A stretch of 64,000 bases of DNA from Chryseolinea sp. (GTDB taxonomy: Bacteria; Bacteroidota; Bacteroidia; Cytophagales; Cyclobacteriaceae): contig DAIQPD010000003.1 of the NCBI GenBank assembly GCA_036787535.1, forward strand, positions 51,505-115,504, given 5' to 3'. The notes under the pieces were generated by a model. That model saw only the letters and a list, made by a program, of their open reading frames with translations. It was not told where the DNA came from and did no database searches. The position numbers and the translations under genes were made by a program. Positions 63,510-64,000 of this stretch are shown piece after piece (positions within the stretch are counted from its first letter, which is position 1; every line of letters starts with the position of its first letter).

Positions 63510-64000
63510 TTATTCTTCTGTCTTTTCTGCTTTGCGCGGTACAATAACAGAGAACAGAATTGATGCTGTTAGAATGGTTATAATAATTGCAAACGAAAGG
63601 TATGGGTTCTTTACATACTTCTCAACGAAGATTGGATATTCTCCCTCTAGTATTTCAGCCAACATTTTAGCCCCGATAAAAAATAAGATTATTGATAAAC
63701 CTTTTTGTAATAGGTAGAACTTATCAATAATTCCGGCAAGCAAAAAGAACATGGCCCGTAGCCCCATTACTGCAAAAATATTGGATGTGTAAATCAAAAA
63801 CTCGTTTTGAGTAATGGCAAAGGCAGCTGGTATTGAATCCACCGCAAAAATCAAATCCGTTGTTTCAATCAGGATAATTACCAGAAACAATGGAGTGAAT
63901 AACCACTTGCCTCCTTCTTTGACAAGAAAACTATCGCCATGCTCTTTGTCGGTCATTGGCAAATACTTCTTGCTCAATCTTAATATCGGATTCTTCTCTG
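63510..64000 (-). CDS. TerC family integral membrane protein, N-terminus outside window
   Basis: LVIILIETTDLIFAVDSIPAAFAIT motif. The frame stays open to the window edge. Confidence 0.85.
   Translation of the reverse strand, partial: EKNPILRLSKKYLPMTDKEHGDSFLVKEGGKWLFTPLFLVIILIETTDLIFAVDSIPAAFAITQNEFLIYTSNIFAVMGLRAMFFLLAGIIDKFYLLQKGLSIILFFIGAKMLAEILEGEYPIFVEKYVKNPYLSFAIIITILTASILFSVIVPRKAEKTEE

Noticed and set aside
1-64000. tRNA, rRNA, tmRNA, transposase or integrase genes
   Set aside because: Reading the intergenic regions showed no cloverleaf-like GTTCGAATC-type T-arm contexts or rRNA-like stretches. No ORF has DDE transposase or tyrosine/serine recombinase motifs. A covariance-model scan would be needed to exclude small ncRNAs.

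Overview
This is a chromosomal segment of a Bacteroidota genome, probably a gliding Cytophagia-like organism. The evidence is a T9SS C-terminal sorting domain, gldD next to ssb and mutY, CarboxypepD_reg-type TonB-dependent receptors, a MurF-Alr fusion and TAnnTTTG -7 boxes. I can support about 60 protein-coding genes, mostly housekeeping, stress/detox enzymes and envelope proteins. I saw no rRNA, tRNA, CRISPR array, transposase, integrase or phage module. The best candidate for an undescribed system is a type III polyketide synthase cluster at 33.8-39.0 kb. It contains a PKS translationally coupled to a SAM methyltransferase, a divergent UbiA prenyltransferase and a nearby flavoprotein. I predict it makes a prenylated, methylated phenolic or quinone-like lipid. 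Its divergent promoter is filled by an 82-bp composite palindrome built from a 12-mer (TTAACGGATAAC) that recurs at other intergenic sites. More generally, the intergenic DNA carries several families of palindromic elements built from short repeated words: CGCAGAG, CACGAAG/CACAAAG, TTAACGGATAAC and CCAGTTGCC. Most of them sit beside a gene end. Other points worth a second look are an orphan HisA paralog lacking the N-terminal catalytic Asp, candidate operators at two TonB-receptor loci, several unannotated small ORFs including a 29-aa K/R-rich ribosomal-type peptide, and a kinase-like protein and a receiver domain that each lack canonical parts. All function calls rest on motifs I recognised by eye. 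No database search was run.
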